DNA of 64,000 nt from Pachysolen tannophilus NRRL Y-2460 (Eukaryota): contig KV454013.1 of assembly GCA_001661245.1 (NCBI GenBank), positions 1,458,502-1,522,501 on the forward strand, read 5' to 3'. The position numbers and the translations under genes were made by a program. Positions 1-11,528 of this stretch are shown here, in pieces (the stretch's first letter is position 1; the number at the start of each line of letters is the position of its first letter). Under the pieces are notes generated by a model. That model saw only the letters and a list, made by a program, of their open reading frames with translations. It did no database searches and was not told where the DNA came from.

Positions 1-3000
1 TATAGTCAATTGAAGCAGTTGCCTCGTCTAATAGGATAATCTTGGGTAATTTCAACAATGATCTTGCTAAACAAACCAATTGTCTTTGCCCTTGTGATAA
101 ATTTGAACCATTCTCATTAACTGGACTATTCAAATCTAGAAATTGATTTTTATTTTCGGTCATATCATCTTCAACCATATCTAAGTCATCAATCAAGTTG
201 ACACGTTTTAAAGATTCAAAAATACGCAGATCAGAGTATTGTTCAAAAGGATCAAGATTCGACCTTAATGTACCTTTAAACAATGAAGGGTCTTGAGGAA
301 TAACAGTAATTGATCTTCTCAATTTTTGTAAACCAATCTTACTGATATCAATACCATCAATAATGATCTTGCTTCCTTCATCAAATTCTAAAAATCTAAG
401 AAATGCTGAAATGATAGTTGATTTACCAGCACCTGTTCTACCAACAATCCCAATTTTTTCATTCGGCTTGACTTCAAAAGAAACGTGTTTGATAACAGGA
501 GCCAACTTCTGACTATAACGTAATGACAAATTTGAAACCTTGATAGATCCTTTATCTGGCCAATTTTCATCAATAAGATTATCAATACTTGGAATGAAAT
601 ATGGTCTCTCTTGTTTAATATTCATATATTCTTGTAATCTTTCAACAGAGTTCATCGACATTTCCACAGAAACATAAACTCTAATTAACCAAACGGCAAA
701 AGTGTCAAAAGTCATCGCATATGTTAATGAAAGACCTGCAAGACCTGCATCTATATTGTTGACATTCAATATTAAAAAGGCACCAGCTAAAAATAAGATG
801 AACGCTCCAATGTTATTAGTTCTAACAGCTAACCATCTATTCGCAATCCATAAATAATAGTAAGGCCTATTATTTTTATCAATCTTGGATAAATTCTCTT
901 TAATGAATCTCAATTCATCTCCAAAGGCCCTAATGGTAGTGACACCAGTTAACGTTTCACTAAAATGTTGATAAATTGGAGATCTCGAAATCGAATCTAA
1001 CCTTTTCAATTCCCTTGATAATGTCAAGTAGAATTTTCCAACAATATAATAACCAGCAATTATGAAAAAAGTGAAGAAAATGAATTGTGGAGTTATAATG
1101 CAAATCAAAAGAATTGTGGTTATACAATGAATGAAATACATAAACATTGTTTCACCATATCTGACTAATTCTTGATCAACAGAAGCAATATCTTTTGAAA
1201 ATCTATTCATTATTCTTCCCTTTGGAGTAGTATCAAAAAATCTTAAAGGTGCTTTGAGCACTTTCGATAATACCTCCTTAAATATATTGTTTGAAGCTTT
1301 TATACCACACAAGAAGGATATATAGACTCTAATAGTAGAAATCAAAGAATACAAAACTCCAATGAAAAGGTAAATTGATACATAGTATAACGTACCATGG
1401 ACATTTTCCAAAGCATTCAATCCTATATTATTTATTACGGATTCAACTTTAAATGATTTTGTCTCGGAAGAAACATCATCATCATTAGTAGCTGTCCATT
1501 CTCTCAACCATAGCGATTGAAGAATATAAACATATTGGGTAAGAATGTAAATACTGATAATGAACAACCACACAAAAGGATTACCAAATTTCTTGGCATA
1601 ATTTCTGTAAACGGAGAAGGGTATTGATCCATTCAATTTTGTTTCTTCTTCAATTAATTTAGTTCCTTCGTTTTCATTATTTTCTCTTAGATCATGATCA
1701 TGACCATGACCAGGTCCATTTGCACGTCCACGGTCACGTTCATCACTATCATCACTTTCATTACTAACATCAATATTTCTTTCTATAAAATCCTCTGTTT
1801 TTGACTTTGGCTCAATCAAAGCTCTTCCTTTCCTACTTGCACTATCAACATCAAATCTGTTTAGGCTTCCTCTTTCCATTAATTCATCTACATATCCTTG
1901 ATCTTTAATTCTACCATTATCCATCACCACTACCCATCCGGCCTTTGGAGTAGTTAACGAAACGTTATGACTAACCAATATGCAAGTTCTGTTTTGCATC
2001 AATTCTCCAACTAAACATTTTTCATAAATCCAAAGAGCGGTATGTGAATCTACAGCACTTAAACAATCATCAAGTAACACATATTTAGAATTGGAATAAA
2101 CGGCTCTTGCTAATGATAACCTTTGCCTTTGTCCTCCTGAAAGAACTATTCCACTTTCACCAATTTCTGTATCATCAGATAAAAGTTTTAAATCTTTTTC
2201 CAATCCGCAAGCACGTAAAACACTCTTATAACGAGCTTCATCATATTCAGAATGAAAAATTATGTTTCCCTTTAAGGTATCATTTAACAACCAAGCAGAT
2301 TGTGAACAATATGCAATTGATTCGGTTAAACCAGTAACTGGATCAGGAACCAACAAGTCTCTTGGTTGGGAACCGGGTAAAAATACTCTTCCTTCAACTA
2401 AATCCATTTCTCCTAATAATGCTAATAATAAGGAAGTTTTTCCTGAACCTGTACTTCCTACAACGACATTTAATGTATCTAATTTAAAATCCACATCTAA
2501 ATCTAATAATTTAAATCCATCTTTTCTTTTATTACTCCATTGGAAACTTGCATTTTGGAAACCTATTCTATTGGTATTATTATTTTGATGATAATTATCT
2601 AAAATTTCATATTTGTTTGTTTCTTGTTCATCTAAAAATGCTTCAATTCTATCAAATGAAACTTTAGCCTGATATAGATCAGAGCACCATGCTGCTAAAT
2701 CTATTAAAGGTTGTTTAAGCAAATTAAACAAAGTTAATGATGTAAACGCAATTGAAGTTGTTAAATTTTTTTTCTCTATTAATGTAAAACAATAAAATGA
2801 AAAGAAAGTAGCCAATGTGGGTGTTATAAAACTCAATAAACTTTGTAAAGACCAATAAAGACTTTTCCATTTCAAATTTTTTAATTCGTTAGCTCTTGTA
2901 TGTAATACTTTTTCATAAAAACTATCTTCCCAAGAAAAATTTTTAAGAGCTCTAATATTATTAAAAATTTCATTTAATTGTGAAGTTCTACCATCCATAG

Positions 3001-4498
3001 TTTCCAAAACCAATTTCTGATAAGATCCAATGGTTGATGCAGCTTTATAATTTAATGGAATCATAATCACTATGATTGCAGCTCCTATAAATGCACTCCA
3101 ACCAATAATATTGAACAATAAAGTAACAGCAACAATAATCATAAGAATACTGATTGGTAAAGTACTAACATATCCCATTGTAGTTCCAATATTATATGCA
3201 TCAGAAGCCATTAAATTTATAATGGTTCCAATATTTTTATTTTCAACACTTCCAGTACCAATTTTTCTTCTTAAAGCTTTTGAATAAATTTCACTAATTA
3301 ATATTGTTCTTAATCTAATATCAATAATTTTACCCACATAAAAATTGAAACAAATAACCATTGATTCAAAAAGCTTAAAGACCAACATCATAACTATTAT
3401 AAACCAAGCATAAGGAGTTGAATTACTATCAGGTTCAGCAACAAAATCTAAAAATTGTTTTAACAATGCAGTAGGAGCAAAGACTAGAAATGTATAAATA
3501 ATACCAAATAACATTTGATAACAAAATAATGAATAAAAATTTTTAACAAGTTTATAAAGAAATGAAATTTCTTCAACATTTTTAAATTTTTTATCAAAAG
3601 TATTAATTACATTAAATGAATAATCATCTTTTCTTAACCCCCATAAATCATTTTCACCAATTGGTTTACGGAAACTTTGCGCAACCATTGGGTTTATCCA
3701 TGAATAACTCAAGATTTGATATATGCTAGAAACTGGTTCCATACAAGGTTTTGCCTCTCCCGCAAACCAATATAATTCCGCTGTAACTTTATCACCAAAT
3801 CTCATAGAATATACAATAAGTAATAAGAAAATATTAGCAACTAAATTCACAACGGTATAATGGAATTTTAAATTAACTTCCACTGTATCATATTTAATTA
3901 AGGATCTAAATTCCAATAACGATGGGGCCAATAAGAAATGGTATAAAAAAACTGATTGATTAAAAAGATTTGGGAAATTTTTTTCACTTCTTTCTGTTAT
4001 TCTTAAAGAATTATTTAAAATCAATCTTAAAATACATAATAATAAAAGATATCCAAAGACAAATAATTTGATACAAAATGTTTTATCAAAATTATTTTTA
4101 ATACTTTCCTCTGTAAAATAAACTACTTGAGAAAATAATAATAAAATTTCCAGTATTATAAGATATTTTTCAGTCTTTGTTAAATCAAATTTATCAATTT
4201 TTATATCTTTTTGGAACTTACTCAATAATCTAGACAAGCTAAAATGTTTTTTCTTTGAGTCGCTCCAAAGTGTATCCAGTTCGCACAATTCACTTGCAGA
4301 AGTTGTAGTTGTATATTCTTCATCATTAGATTTTTTCAATCCTGTCTGACTTATATAACTCAAATATTTAATTAATGCAAATAATATAGAAATCGAAATC
4401 AAAGCCAATGGATATAGAATATCAAAGAAATCATGCTTGAAACAGTTTGAAAAATCATTATCTTCCCATATCGGACATACTTCATCAGCGTTAAACAT
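1..4498 (-). CDS. ABCC/MRP-family ABC transporter (Ybt1/Vmr1/Bpt1-like), 3' end runs off the window
   Basis: Not in the ORF track. ATG at 4498 (MFNADEVCPIWEDNDFSNCF) is in frame with the window edge (LDEATASIDY at ~30-2). It contains NBD1 Walker A VGSTGSGKTS, signature LSGGQRQR, and NBD2 VGRTGAGKS and SQGQRQLVCLARS. Confidence 0.92.
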   Translation of the reverse strand, partial: MFNADEVCPIWEDNDFSNCFKHDFFDILYPLALISISILFALIKYLSYISQTGLKKSNDEEYTTTTSASELCELDTLWSDSKKKHFSLSRLLSKFQKDIKIDKFDLTKTEKYLIILEILLLFSQVVYFTEESIKNNFDKTFCIKLFVFGYLLLLCILRLILNNSLRITERSEKNFPNLFNQSVFLYHFLLAPSLLEFRSLIKYDTVEVNLKFHYTVVNLVANIFLLLIVYSMRFGDKVTAELYWFAGEAKPCMEPVSSIYQILSYSWINPMVAQSFRKPIGENDLWGLRKDDYSFNVINTFDKKFKNVEEISFLYKLVKNFYSLFCYQMLFGIIYTFLVFAPTALLKQFLDFVAEPDSNSTPYAWFIIVMMLVFKLFESMVICFNFYVGKIIDIRLRTILISEIYSKALRRKIGTGSVENKNIGTIINLMASDAYNIGTTMGYVSTLPISILMIIVAVTLLFNIIGWSAFIGAAIIVIMIPLNYKAASTIGSYQKLVLETMDGRTSQLNEIFNNIRALKNFSWEDSFYEKVLHTRANELKNLKWKSLYWSLQSLLSFITPTLATFFSFYCFTLIEKKNLTTSIAFTSLTLFNLLKQPLIDLAAWCSDLYQAKVSFDRIEAFLDEQETNKYEILDNYHQNNNTNRIGFQNASFQWSNKRKDGFKLLDLDVDFKLDTLNVVVGSTGSGKTSLLLALLGEMDLVEGRVFLPGSQPRDLLVPDPVTGLTESIAYCSQSAWLLNDTLKGNIIFHSEYDEARYKSVLRACGLEKDLKLLSDDTEIGESGIVLSGGQRQRLSLARAVYSNSKYVLLDDCLSAVDSHTALWIYEKCLVGELMQNRTCILVSHNVSLTTPKAGWVVVMDNGRIKDQGYVDELMERGSLNRFDVDSASRKGRALIEPKSKTEDFIERNIDVSNESDDSDERDRGRANGPGHGHDHDLRENNENEGTKLIEEETKLNGSIPFSVYRNYAKKFGNPFVWLFIISIYILTQYVYILQSLWLREWTATNDDDVSSETKSFKVESVINNIGLNALENVHGTLYYVSIYLFIGVLYSLISTIRVYISFLCGIKASNNIFKEVLSKVLKAPLRFFDTTPKGRIMNRFSKDIASVDQELVRYGETMFMYFIHCITTILLICIITPQFIFFTFFIIAGYYIVGKFYLTLSRELKRLDSISRSPIYQHFSETLTGVTTIRAFGDELRFIKENLSKIDKNNRPYYYLWIANRWLAVRTNNIGAFILFLAGAFLILNVNNIDAGLAGLSLTYAMTFDTFAVWLIRVYVSVEMSMNSVERLQEYMNIKQERPYFIPSIDNLIDENWPDKGSIKVSNLSLRYSQKLAPVIKHVSFEVKPNEKIGIVGRTGAGKSTIISAFLRFLEFDEGSKIIIDGIDISKIGLQKLRRSITVIPQDPSLFKGTLRSNLDPFEQYSDLRIFESLKRVNLIDDLDMVEDDMTENKNQFLDLNSPVNENGSNLSQGQRQLVCLARSLLKLPKIILLDEATASIDY

Positions 4499-5529
4499 CT
4501 TTTTCTTACTCTTCAACTACTTCTTCTTCTTCTTCTTCTTCTTCTATTAAATAACAACTAACAACTTTATACCAGCAAATTCAAACAATCCAATCACCAA
4601 AAATACTTCACTTTATGAGCTAGCCGTTGACCCATATCAAAAATCAAAAAGATAAGAACAAGATTATATAAAAAGCAAAAAAAAAAAAATAAAAAAATTA
4701 TTATATATACAGATAGAAACTAATTAATATCAGAAAGATGCTTAGCTTAAACTTGGTCTCTAAGGCAGTGTGTTGTGCTAACATTTAAGCAGCAAGAAAG
4801 TGTCACTGCGATGTGTCACACAAGGCTGTGTCACCCATCTCCCTCTAAATAAATAATTAGAAAAACTAAAAAATTAAAAATTAAAAAAATGCGTGTCGCT
4901 TTTTAGTTGCCTGTGTTATTTGAAACACTTATGTCACACATGTCACAAAAGACACAAAGGACACAAAAAACACAAAAGACACAAGAGACACTTTTGGTTT
5001 TATTTTCTATGTCACTTCTCTGTGTCGCTTTTGTCACCTCTCTCCTTTTTTCGTTTTTTTTTTTTTTTTTTTTTTTTTTTTTGGTGCTTCCGTTCACTTA
5101 CTTGAAATGTCATGGGTGCGAGGGGTTCGCGTGTCATATTTTTGCTATGCTTTGTTATGTGACATGACACCAGTGTCTTATCGCTGCTCTCACTTTGTGC
5201 TGTGCTGCACCTTCCCGAAACGGTAATAAGCGCTTCAACTTTCCGCACAGTTAGATGAAGTAGTAGTAGTAGTAGAAGGTTTTCTGCTTACCGTTATCTA
5301 GTTGTAAATTACTATTTCTTCACAAAAATTATTATTACTATGCAGTAGGGGAATTGTTGGATGTGCATTCATTCTTTCTAATCAAGAGATATCAGAAATC
5401 TTTTATTGTAAGCACTTTTTTTTTCTTTTTCATGGTGGACTTCAAATGAAATAGAGAAATACAAATCTTAACTTTTTTTTTATTTTTTAATTTTTTTATT
5501 ATTAATTTATTTTGAAATTTATAAAGAAG

Positions 5530-7836
5530 ATGTTCTCGACTTTTGAAGCTAAAGATTTGGATAAGCTAATTGATTGTAAGAAACTTCCATATATTGTCTC
5601 ACATAGTCAAAATCATTTTTCTCAGCAAATAATCAAGGGAGAAAGTTTTGTTGGTTCAACTTCTAGATCTAGATTTGGGTGTTTGTCATGTCGTAAGAAA
5701 AAAAAAAGATGCGATGAAAAAAAACCTATTTGTTCGAGATGTTCACGTACAAATAATGAATGTCATTGGAAACCACCTGGAACTGAAAGGAAAAATAACG
5801 TTACAAGAAGAAGTTTAACAAATAAGATAGCTGCTATAGAAAGTTTGGTGAATGGACATACAAATACTTTTACAGTTGATATTGGTGGTGGTGCTGGTGG
5901 TGGTGCTGGACTTGGCGGCCAAGCGGCCGCTGCCGTCACATCAACCACCACGACCACTACTGGAGAATCCACTGGGGCTTCCATTGGAGGAACTATTGGT
6001 GCGGAAGGACTTGATACAAGCAAAATTACCAATATTGACGTAGGTAATAAAGATTATGTTATCGAAAGCGTTGATTTAATTGATGAATCTGGTTCTTCAT
6101 CAAGTTCTGTTAGTTGTATTTCAGATTTTGAAAATAGTAAGCATGAGATAATAAGACATAGCCAAATATTAAGTAATTCTGAGTTTCCAACTCCAACCAC
6201 TTCATTTTATTTAAAAGCATCAGCAAATACTTTACATGAAGATAATGGGAATTTTAGTTTGGATTCAAAATCGATGAACTCACATTACTCTGAATTCAGG
6301 TATATATCAAGTCCAAAATTACAAAAATTACAACCAAGAATTGATGACGGGAAAAAGATTGAGGAATTGGGAAATGACAATGGCAATGACAATGATCATG
6401 ATAATGATAATGACAGTAGATCTGAATCTTTGGTTTCGACATGGCAAAGAGAACTTGAGTTTTTAGATGACGAGTTCCATGACAATGGCCATCGTATTAA
6501 TAGTATATTCCACCAAGAATCGATGAAACTATACATGAATCCTTCTTATAGTTTATTTCAAAATTTAAATCAAGAAGCATTATTATATTTAGATCATTAC
6601 AAGACATGTGTTGCCACCACTGTATCGGTTGCACCTGATGAATCCAATTATTTTCTTAAATATTATCTTCCATTGGCTGAAATTGACAAGTCTGTATTGT
6701 ATGGTATTATTGGATGGGGTGGAATGTTTTTATCGGGATCAAAGGATAATTCAGGATTTAAATATTATATGCAAAAATCAATAGAATCCACAGAATTAAA
6801 AATCTCACATGGATTGGATAAATTGAATAAGATGGATATCTTGTCAATGCTTACTTCTTTAACGATTCATTGTGCTGCTGAGATTTGTATAGGTGATGTG
6901 AAAGAATGGTTTATTCATTTTAAAAAAATATATGATATTATCTTGCAAAAATATGGAGATTTAACAAAATTACTTTTAGAATTTGATAATTGTAATGAAG
7001 TTAGATGGTTAGTATCAAATTTTTTATATCATGATGTCTTAACCAATGTTGGAGTTAAAAAGGGTACATTTTTTTCACATAGTGAGTATCAATTAGCATT
7101 AAAAAATAATGATTCTCTGGGTATAATGGATACTGATTATGGTTCAGACCCATTACAAGGATGTGTTAAACCATTATATATGATTATTGGTGAGATTGTA
7201 AATGCATCTGTGGATTTAAAAGAAGAAGATTTACAATTGACAAAATTGGAGAAACAAGTTGTTTCGAACTTAACGATACCAGAAAATCAGGATTATAGGT
7301 TTTTAAATTTTAATCATAGATTATTAAGACAGCAAAGATTAAATCATAGTCAGAAAATCCAAGCTGTATTTACAAGTTTAGAATCCAAGATCCTCAATTC
7401 CAAGCCCAATGCTGTGGCATTACTATACCTCAAGACAGATCAAGAACTAGAGTTAAATTTAACTTTATTCGAATTATACCAATTAACTGCAAGACTTTAT
7501 TTACACATGCTCATCTTGAAAACTCCAGCAAACAACCCTCAAGTACAACAAATCGTCTTCAATTTAAACACAAGCTTAGACATCCTCATCGGATCAAAAC
7601 TACAAACAACCCTCTGCCTCCCTTTTTTAATCGGCGGCCTCAACTGTGTCTCCGAGATCGATAGGTTGGTAATGAGTAAAAGATTGCAAAAACTTACCAC
7701 AACTTTCCCAGTGAAAAATTTGGTCAGAGTATGGGAAGTCTTGAACAAATCATGGGAACTAAACAAAGACGGATCACAATGCATAAACTGGATACAAATC
7801 ACCGATGAGTTGGACTGGGACTTGTGTCTGGCATAA
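5530..7836 (+). CDS. Zn(II)2Cys6 transcription factor with C-terminal fungal_trans_2-type domain (Uga3/Lys14-like family)
   Basis: Motif GCLSCRKKKKRCDEKKPICSRCSRTNNEC. First ATG at 5530. Confidence 0.88.
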   Translation: MFSTFEAKDLDKLIDCKKLPYIVSHSQNHFSQQIIKGESFVGSTSRSRFGCLSCRKKKKRCDEKKPICSRCSRTNNECHWKPPGTERKNNVTRRSLTNKIAAIESLVNGHTNTFTVDIGGGAGGGAGLGGQAAAAVTSTTTTTTGESTGASIGGTIGAEGLDTSKITNIDVGNKDYVIESVDLIDESGSSSSSVSCISDFENSKHEIIRHSQILSNSEFPTPTTSFYLKASANTLHEDNGNFSLDSKSMNSHYSEFRYISSPKLQKLQPRIDDGKKIEELGNDNGNDNDHDNDNDSRSESLVSTWQRELEFLDDEFHDNGHRINSIFHQESMKLYMNPSYSLFQNLNQEALLYLDHYKTCVATTVSVAPDESNYFLKYYLPLAEIDKSVLYGIIGWGGMFLSGSKDNSGFKYYMQKSIESTELKISHGLDKLNKMDILSMLTSLTIHCAAEICIGDVKEWFIHFKKIYDIILQKYGDLTKLLLEFDNCNEVRWLVSNFLYHDVLTNVGVKKGTFFSHSEYQLALKNNDSLGIMDTDYGSDPLQGCVKPLYMIIGEIVNASVDLKEEDLQLTKLEKQVVSNLTIPENQDYRFLNFNHRLLRQQRLNHSQKIQAVFTSLESKILNSKPNAVALLYLKTDQELELNLTLFELYQLTARLYLHMLILKTPANNPQVQQIVFNLNTSLDILIGSKLQTTLCLPFLIGGLNCVSEIDRLVMSKRLQKLTTTFPVKNLVRVWEVLNKSWELNKDGSQCINWIQITDELDWDLCLA

Positions 7837-7980
7837 CTTTCTCCTCCTCCTCCTCCTCCTCCTCCTCCTTCTCCTTCTCCAACTTTTTCTTCTTCTTCAA
7901 ACATCATCTTCTCCAATCCTCTTGACATTTTCATTTTGTCCGCACATTCATATGCATATAAACATGCATACAATTATGCG

Positions 7981-8049
7981 TCGTATATGCACAATTATGC
8001 AACTCGAGTATCGTTCTCGTATAGCAGAAAAATTTTCATTTTTATACGA
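7981..8049. promoter_or_regulatory. Three sterol regulatory elements (Upc2/Ecm22, TCGTATA) upstream of ERG25
   Basis: TCGTATA at 7981 and 8017; reverse TATACGA at 8043. Confidence 0.75.
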
Positions 8050-8407
8050 CGAAAAAAGAAAAAATTGCTTTGGAAAAATGTTGTAGCGCGTATAGAATAA
8101 TAGTAATAACAAGGAAATAAATATAATTTATATAAATATATAATTATATATATATTTAATTAGAGAGTGGGAAATATTGATTTATAAATTGTTCAGTATT
8201 TGAAAAATAAAAAATGAAAAAAATTACACCAAATTACTCCCAACAATCTCTCAATCTAAAAACAAAAAAAAGAAAAAAAAATCTAAAGAAATTAAATCAA
8301 TTAAACAACTGTCCACTTCAATCTCAAAAACGACAGTTTTTCATTTTTTATATTGTAATTTTAAAGAAATATTTTCATTGTTGAAAAAAAGGTATTATTA
8401 ATTAAAA

Positions 8408-9343
8408 ATGAGTGGTACTTTGAGTACAGTTTTCCAGAATTCAACGCTTCATCATTCGGCGGTTGGGTCAGGTTTTATTGAAACTTTTAATAATCTTAAG
8501 GCGGTTAAGGATTTGAATGTTTTAGAGAAATTATGGGCTTCATATTATATATGGATAGGTAATGATATTTTCGCTACGGGATTATTATTTTTCACATTAC
8601 ATGAATTTATGTATTTTGGTAGATGTTTACCTTGGTATATAATTGATAGGGTACCATTTTTTAGAAGGTGGAAGATTCAAGATACCAAATTACCTTCTGA
8701 TAAAGAACAATGGGAATGTTTAAAATCTGTATTAACATCTCATTTTTTAGTTGAACTGTTTCCAATTTGGTTTTTCCATCCTTTATGTGAACATATTGGT
8801 ATTAGTTATTCTGTTCCTTTCCCTAATTGGTTTGATATTTTTTTACAAATTTCTGTTTTTTTCTTTTTTGAAGATGCATGGCATTATTGGTTTCATAGAG
8901 GTTTACATCATGGTGTTTTTTATAAATATATTCATAAACAACATCATAGATATGCGGCTCCGTTTGGATTGGCTGCAGAGTACGCACATCCAATAGAAGT
9001 GATGCTCTTGGGTTTTGGAACAGTGGGGATCCCAATCATTTGGTGCTTACTTACTAAAAATTTACACCTTTTCACCATTTGTATATGGATCACTTTAAGA
9101 TTATTCCAAGCTGTTGATGCTCATTCGGGTTACGAGTTCCCAATCTCGTTGCACCATTTCCTACCATTCTGGGCAGGCGCAGAGCACCACGATGAACATC
9201 ATCACCATTTCATAGGTAACTATGCTTCAAGTTTTAGATTTTGGGATTTCGTCTTGGATACAGAAGCAGGATTAACTGCAAAACAATCCAGAGAAAAAAA
9301 AATGAAATCAAGTGCTGAAAAAAAGGCAAAAAAGCAAATCTAA
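8408..9343 (+). CDS. ERG25: C-4 methylsterol oxidase
   Basis: His boxes [31 protein letters not shown]-terminal KKxx. Confidence 0.97.
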   Translation: MSGTLSTVFQNSTLHHSAVGSGFIETFNNLKAVKDLNVLEKLWASYYIWIGNDIFATGLLFFTLHEFMYFGRCLPWYIIDRVPFFRRWKIQDTKLPSDKEQWECLKSVLTSHFLVELFPIWFFHPLCEHIGISYSVPFPNWFDIFLQISVFFFFEDAWHYWFHRGLHHGVFYKYIHKQHHRYAAPFGLAAEYAHPIEVMLLGFGTVGIPIIWCLLTKNLHLFTICIWITLRLFQAVDAHSGYEFPISLHHFLPFWAGAEHHDEHHHHFIGNYASSFRFWDFVLDTEAGLTAKQSREKKMKSSAEKKAKKQI

Positions 9344-9632
9344 ACATTTTCTACATATTCATTTCATTTTAAATTTCATTTCATTTCTTTTCTTTATTAA
9401 TTAAAATAAATTTTTATCATTTTCATTATCATCATCATCGTCATCATCTTTATATGTAATTGTAATTGTAATTGGGCCATATTTGCACTATTAGGACTTT
9501 GAGGTAATAATATTTTTTCTAAAAAATAAAATACCTATTTAAAAAATCAACAAAAATTGTATATGAAGTAAATAAATATTTATTATCTTTATTATTTATT
9601 TTCTGAAGTTGAATTGAATCACTTAATCAAAG

Positions 9633-10331
9633 ATGTCTGTTGAATACGTAAAGAATGCTCATAAGATCTTGTGTATTGGTCGGAACTATGTTGCTCATAT
9701 TAAGGAATTGAATAATCAAAAACCTGCACAACCTTTTTTTTTCTTGAAACCTTCATCATCAATTTTATTACCAAAGCAAGGTCCTGTCTTGGTTCCTAAA
9801 GGTGTTGTTGTTCATCATGAAGTAGAATTGGCTTTCATATTAGGTAAGACTTTACAAAATTTGGATCCTAAAAAATTCACTCATACCGATGCTTTAGATG
9901 CTATAGATGGTTATGCATTGGCAATTGATTTTACTGCTAGAAATGTTCAAGATGAAGCGAAAAAAAAAGGTTTACCTTGGTCAATTGGTAAAGGTTTTGA
10001 TACTTTTTTACCATTATCAAATTTTATTCATAAGGACAAGATTCCTGATCCTTATAACGTTAATTTGAAATTTAGTGTTAATGGTGATGTAAAACAAAAT
10101 GATATGACAAATTTGATGATTTTCCCAATCCATAAAATCTTAAGTACAATGTCATCGATTATGACTTTAGAAAAAGGTGATATTATCCTTACTGGTACCC
10201 CTAAAGGAGTCAGTGCAATTAAACCAGGAGATCATGTAAAAGCAGAGATCTCAGTTGATGGTAACGTCTTGGAAACTATAGAAGCCGATGTGGAACAGAA
10301 ACCTGGTCCTTATGAATATAAGGAAACATGA
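9633..10331 (+). CDS. FMP41: Fumarylacetoacetate hydrolase-family protein (FAHD1-like)
   Basis: KILCIGRNYVAH, FFLKP, HHEVELA, KGFDTF, GDIILTGTPKGV. Confidence 0.9.
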   Translation: MSVEYVKNAHKILCIGRNYVAHIKELNNQKPAQPFFFLKPSSSILLPKQGPVLVPKGVVVHHEVELAFILGKTLQNLDPKKFTHTDALDAIDGYALAIDFTARNVQDEAKKKGLPWSIGKGFDTFLPLSNFIHKDKIPDPYNVNLKFSVNGDVKQNDMTNLMIFPIHKILSTMSSIMTLEKGDIILTGTPKGVSAIKPGDHVKAEISVDGNVLETIEADVEQKPGPYEYKET

Positions 10332-10435
10332 GTTTTTTATTTATACAAATTTCTATATATTTATATATATGTATATTTTTATTTTTATTTTTTATTTTTT
10401 TTCAATGTGTTTAAAGTCTATATTACCACCATTTT

Positions 10436-11356
10436 TTAGTCTTGATATCTTCTTAATAGAACGTTGGATTGGTCAAATAATGATTTGGATTGCTGGTCAA
10501 ATTTGTACTCTTTCTTATAAACAACTTCTCTAATTCCGCACTGGATAATTTTAATAGTACATTGCAAACAGGGACATGTATCACAGTATAAGGTAGATCC
10601 GTTCAGCTTATTACTATACAACAAGGCATTCTCCTCGGCATGAAGACATAAACAGTTGGAATCAGGTAATTCTCTATTGCAACGCTCACATCCTCCTTCA
10701 TTACAATTTTTTAAATTTCTAGGTGTACCGTTATAACCAGTAGCAATAACTCTATTATCCTTCACAATAACACATCCAACACGTCTCTTCATACAATTAG
10801 ATCTCCTGGATGCTAAATCTGCTAATGACATGAAATAATTATCCCAATTAGGTCTTAATCGAGTCGATTTTAATAAATTTAACTCTGAAAGTTTTTGATA
10901 AAATTGTTCAACTTGAATAGTACTATTGATTATCTTAAAATCAGAATTTTTAAAAATAATTTCCAATTCCAACAAGAAATGATCCGAGCTTTCTATAAAT
11001 TTGACAAGTGGGAATTCATCCTTGGTTAACTCATGTTTCAAAATATACCTTTCATATCTTCGTGCTACTGGAGCATCTACTGTAACATGTAAGAAAAAGG
11101 GCCTGATAGATACTTCACTCAAGAATTCATGATCATCCAAATGAGTAATAACAAAATTTTCTTTCCAATTCTTGGTCACATGTATGATCAACAGATTATA
11201 ATCATCAAATATCAAATCTTTCTTCAACAGTTGATTCAAATTATTACTTTCGTCATTTTCTCTCTTATAGTCAATATACTTGAACCCACAATATGTCAAG
11301 TACCTAGCAACTTCCGTCTTCCCACTGCTCAACGTCCCAGAAATCCCAATAAACAT
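10436..11356 (-). CDS. DCD1: dCMP deaminase
   Basis: RSNCMKRRVGCV, TGYNGTP, HAEENAL, PCLQC. First ATG 11356 (MFIGISG). Confidence 0.95.
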   Translation of the reverse strand: MFIGISGTLSSGKTEVARYLTYCGFKYIDYKRENDESNNLNQLLKKDLIFDDYNLLIIHVTKNWKENFVITHLDDHEFLSEVSIRPFFLHVTVDAPVARRYERYILKHELTKDEFPLVKFIESSDHFLLELEIIFKNSDFKIINSTIQVEQFYQKLSELNLLKSTRLRPNWDNYFMSLADLASRRSNCMKRRVGCVIVKDNRVIATGYNGTPRNLKNCNEGGCERCNRELPDSNCLCLHAEENALLYSNKLNGSTLYCDTCPCLQCTIKIIQCGIREVVYKKEYKFDQQSKSLFDQSNVLLRRYQD

Positions 11357-11528
11357 TCCTTCTTTCCAGTTATTCCCCACGGTTAAAACTCGTATTTAAT
11401 ATTTGTATTACTTTGTGTATATATCAAACGTGTATTTTTTTATTTAATTATTTAATTATTTATTTACCTTTTTTATATCTTGTATTTTAATATATTTAAA
11501 AAGCCATCATCTAATCCAAGTGATAATA

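Noticed and set aside
4893..5248. Several short overlapping ORFs, likewise 49896-50516 and the antisense ORFs over low-complexity CDS
   Set aside because: They are products of poly-T/A, microsatellite or motif repeats and have no protein-family features.
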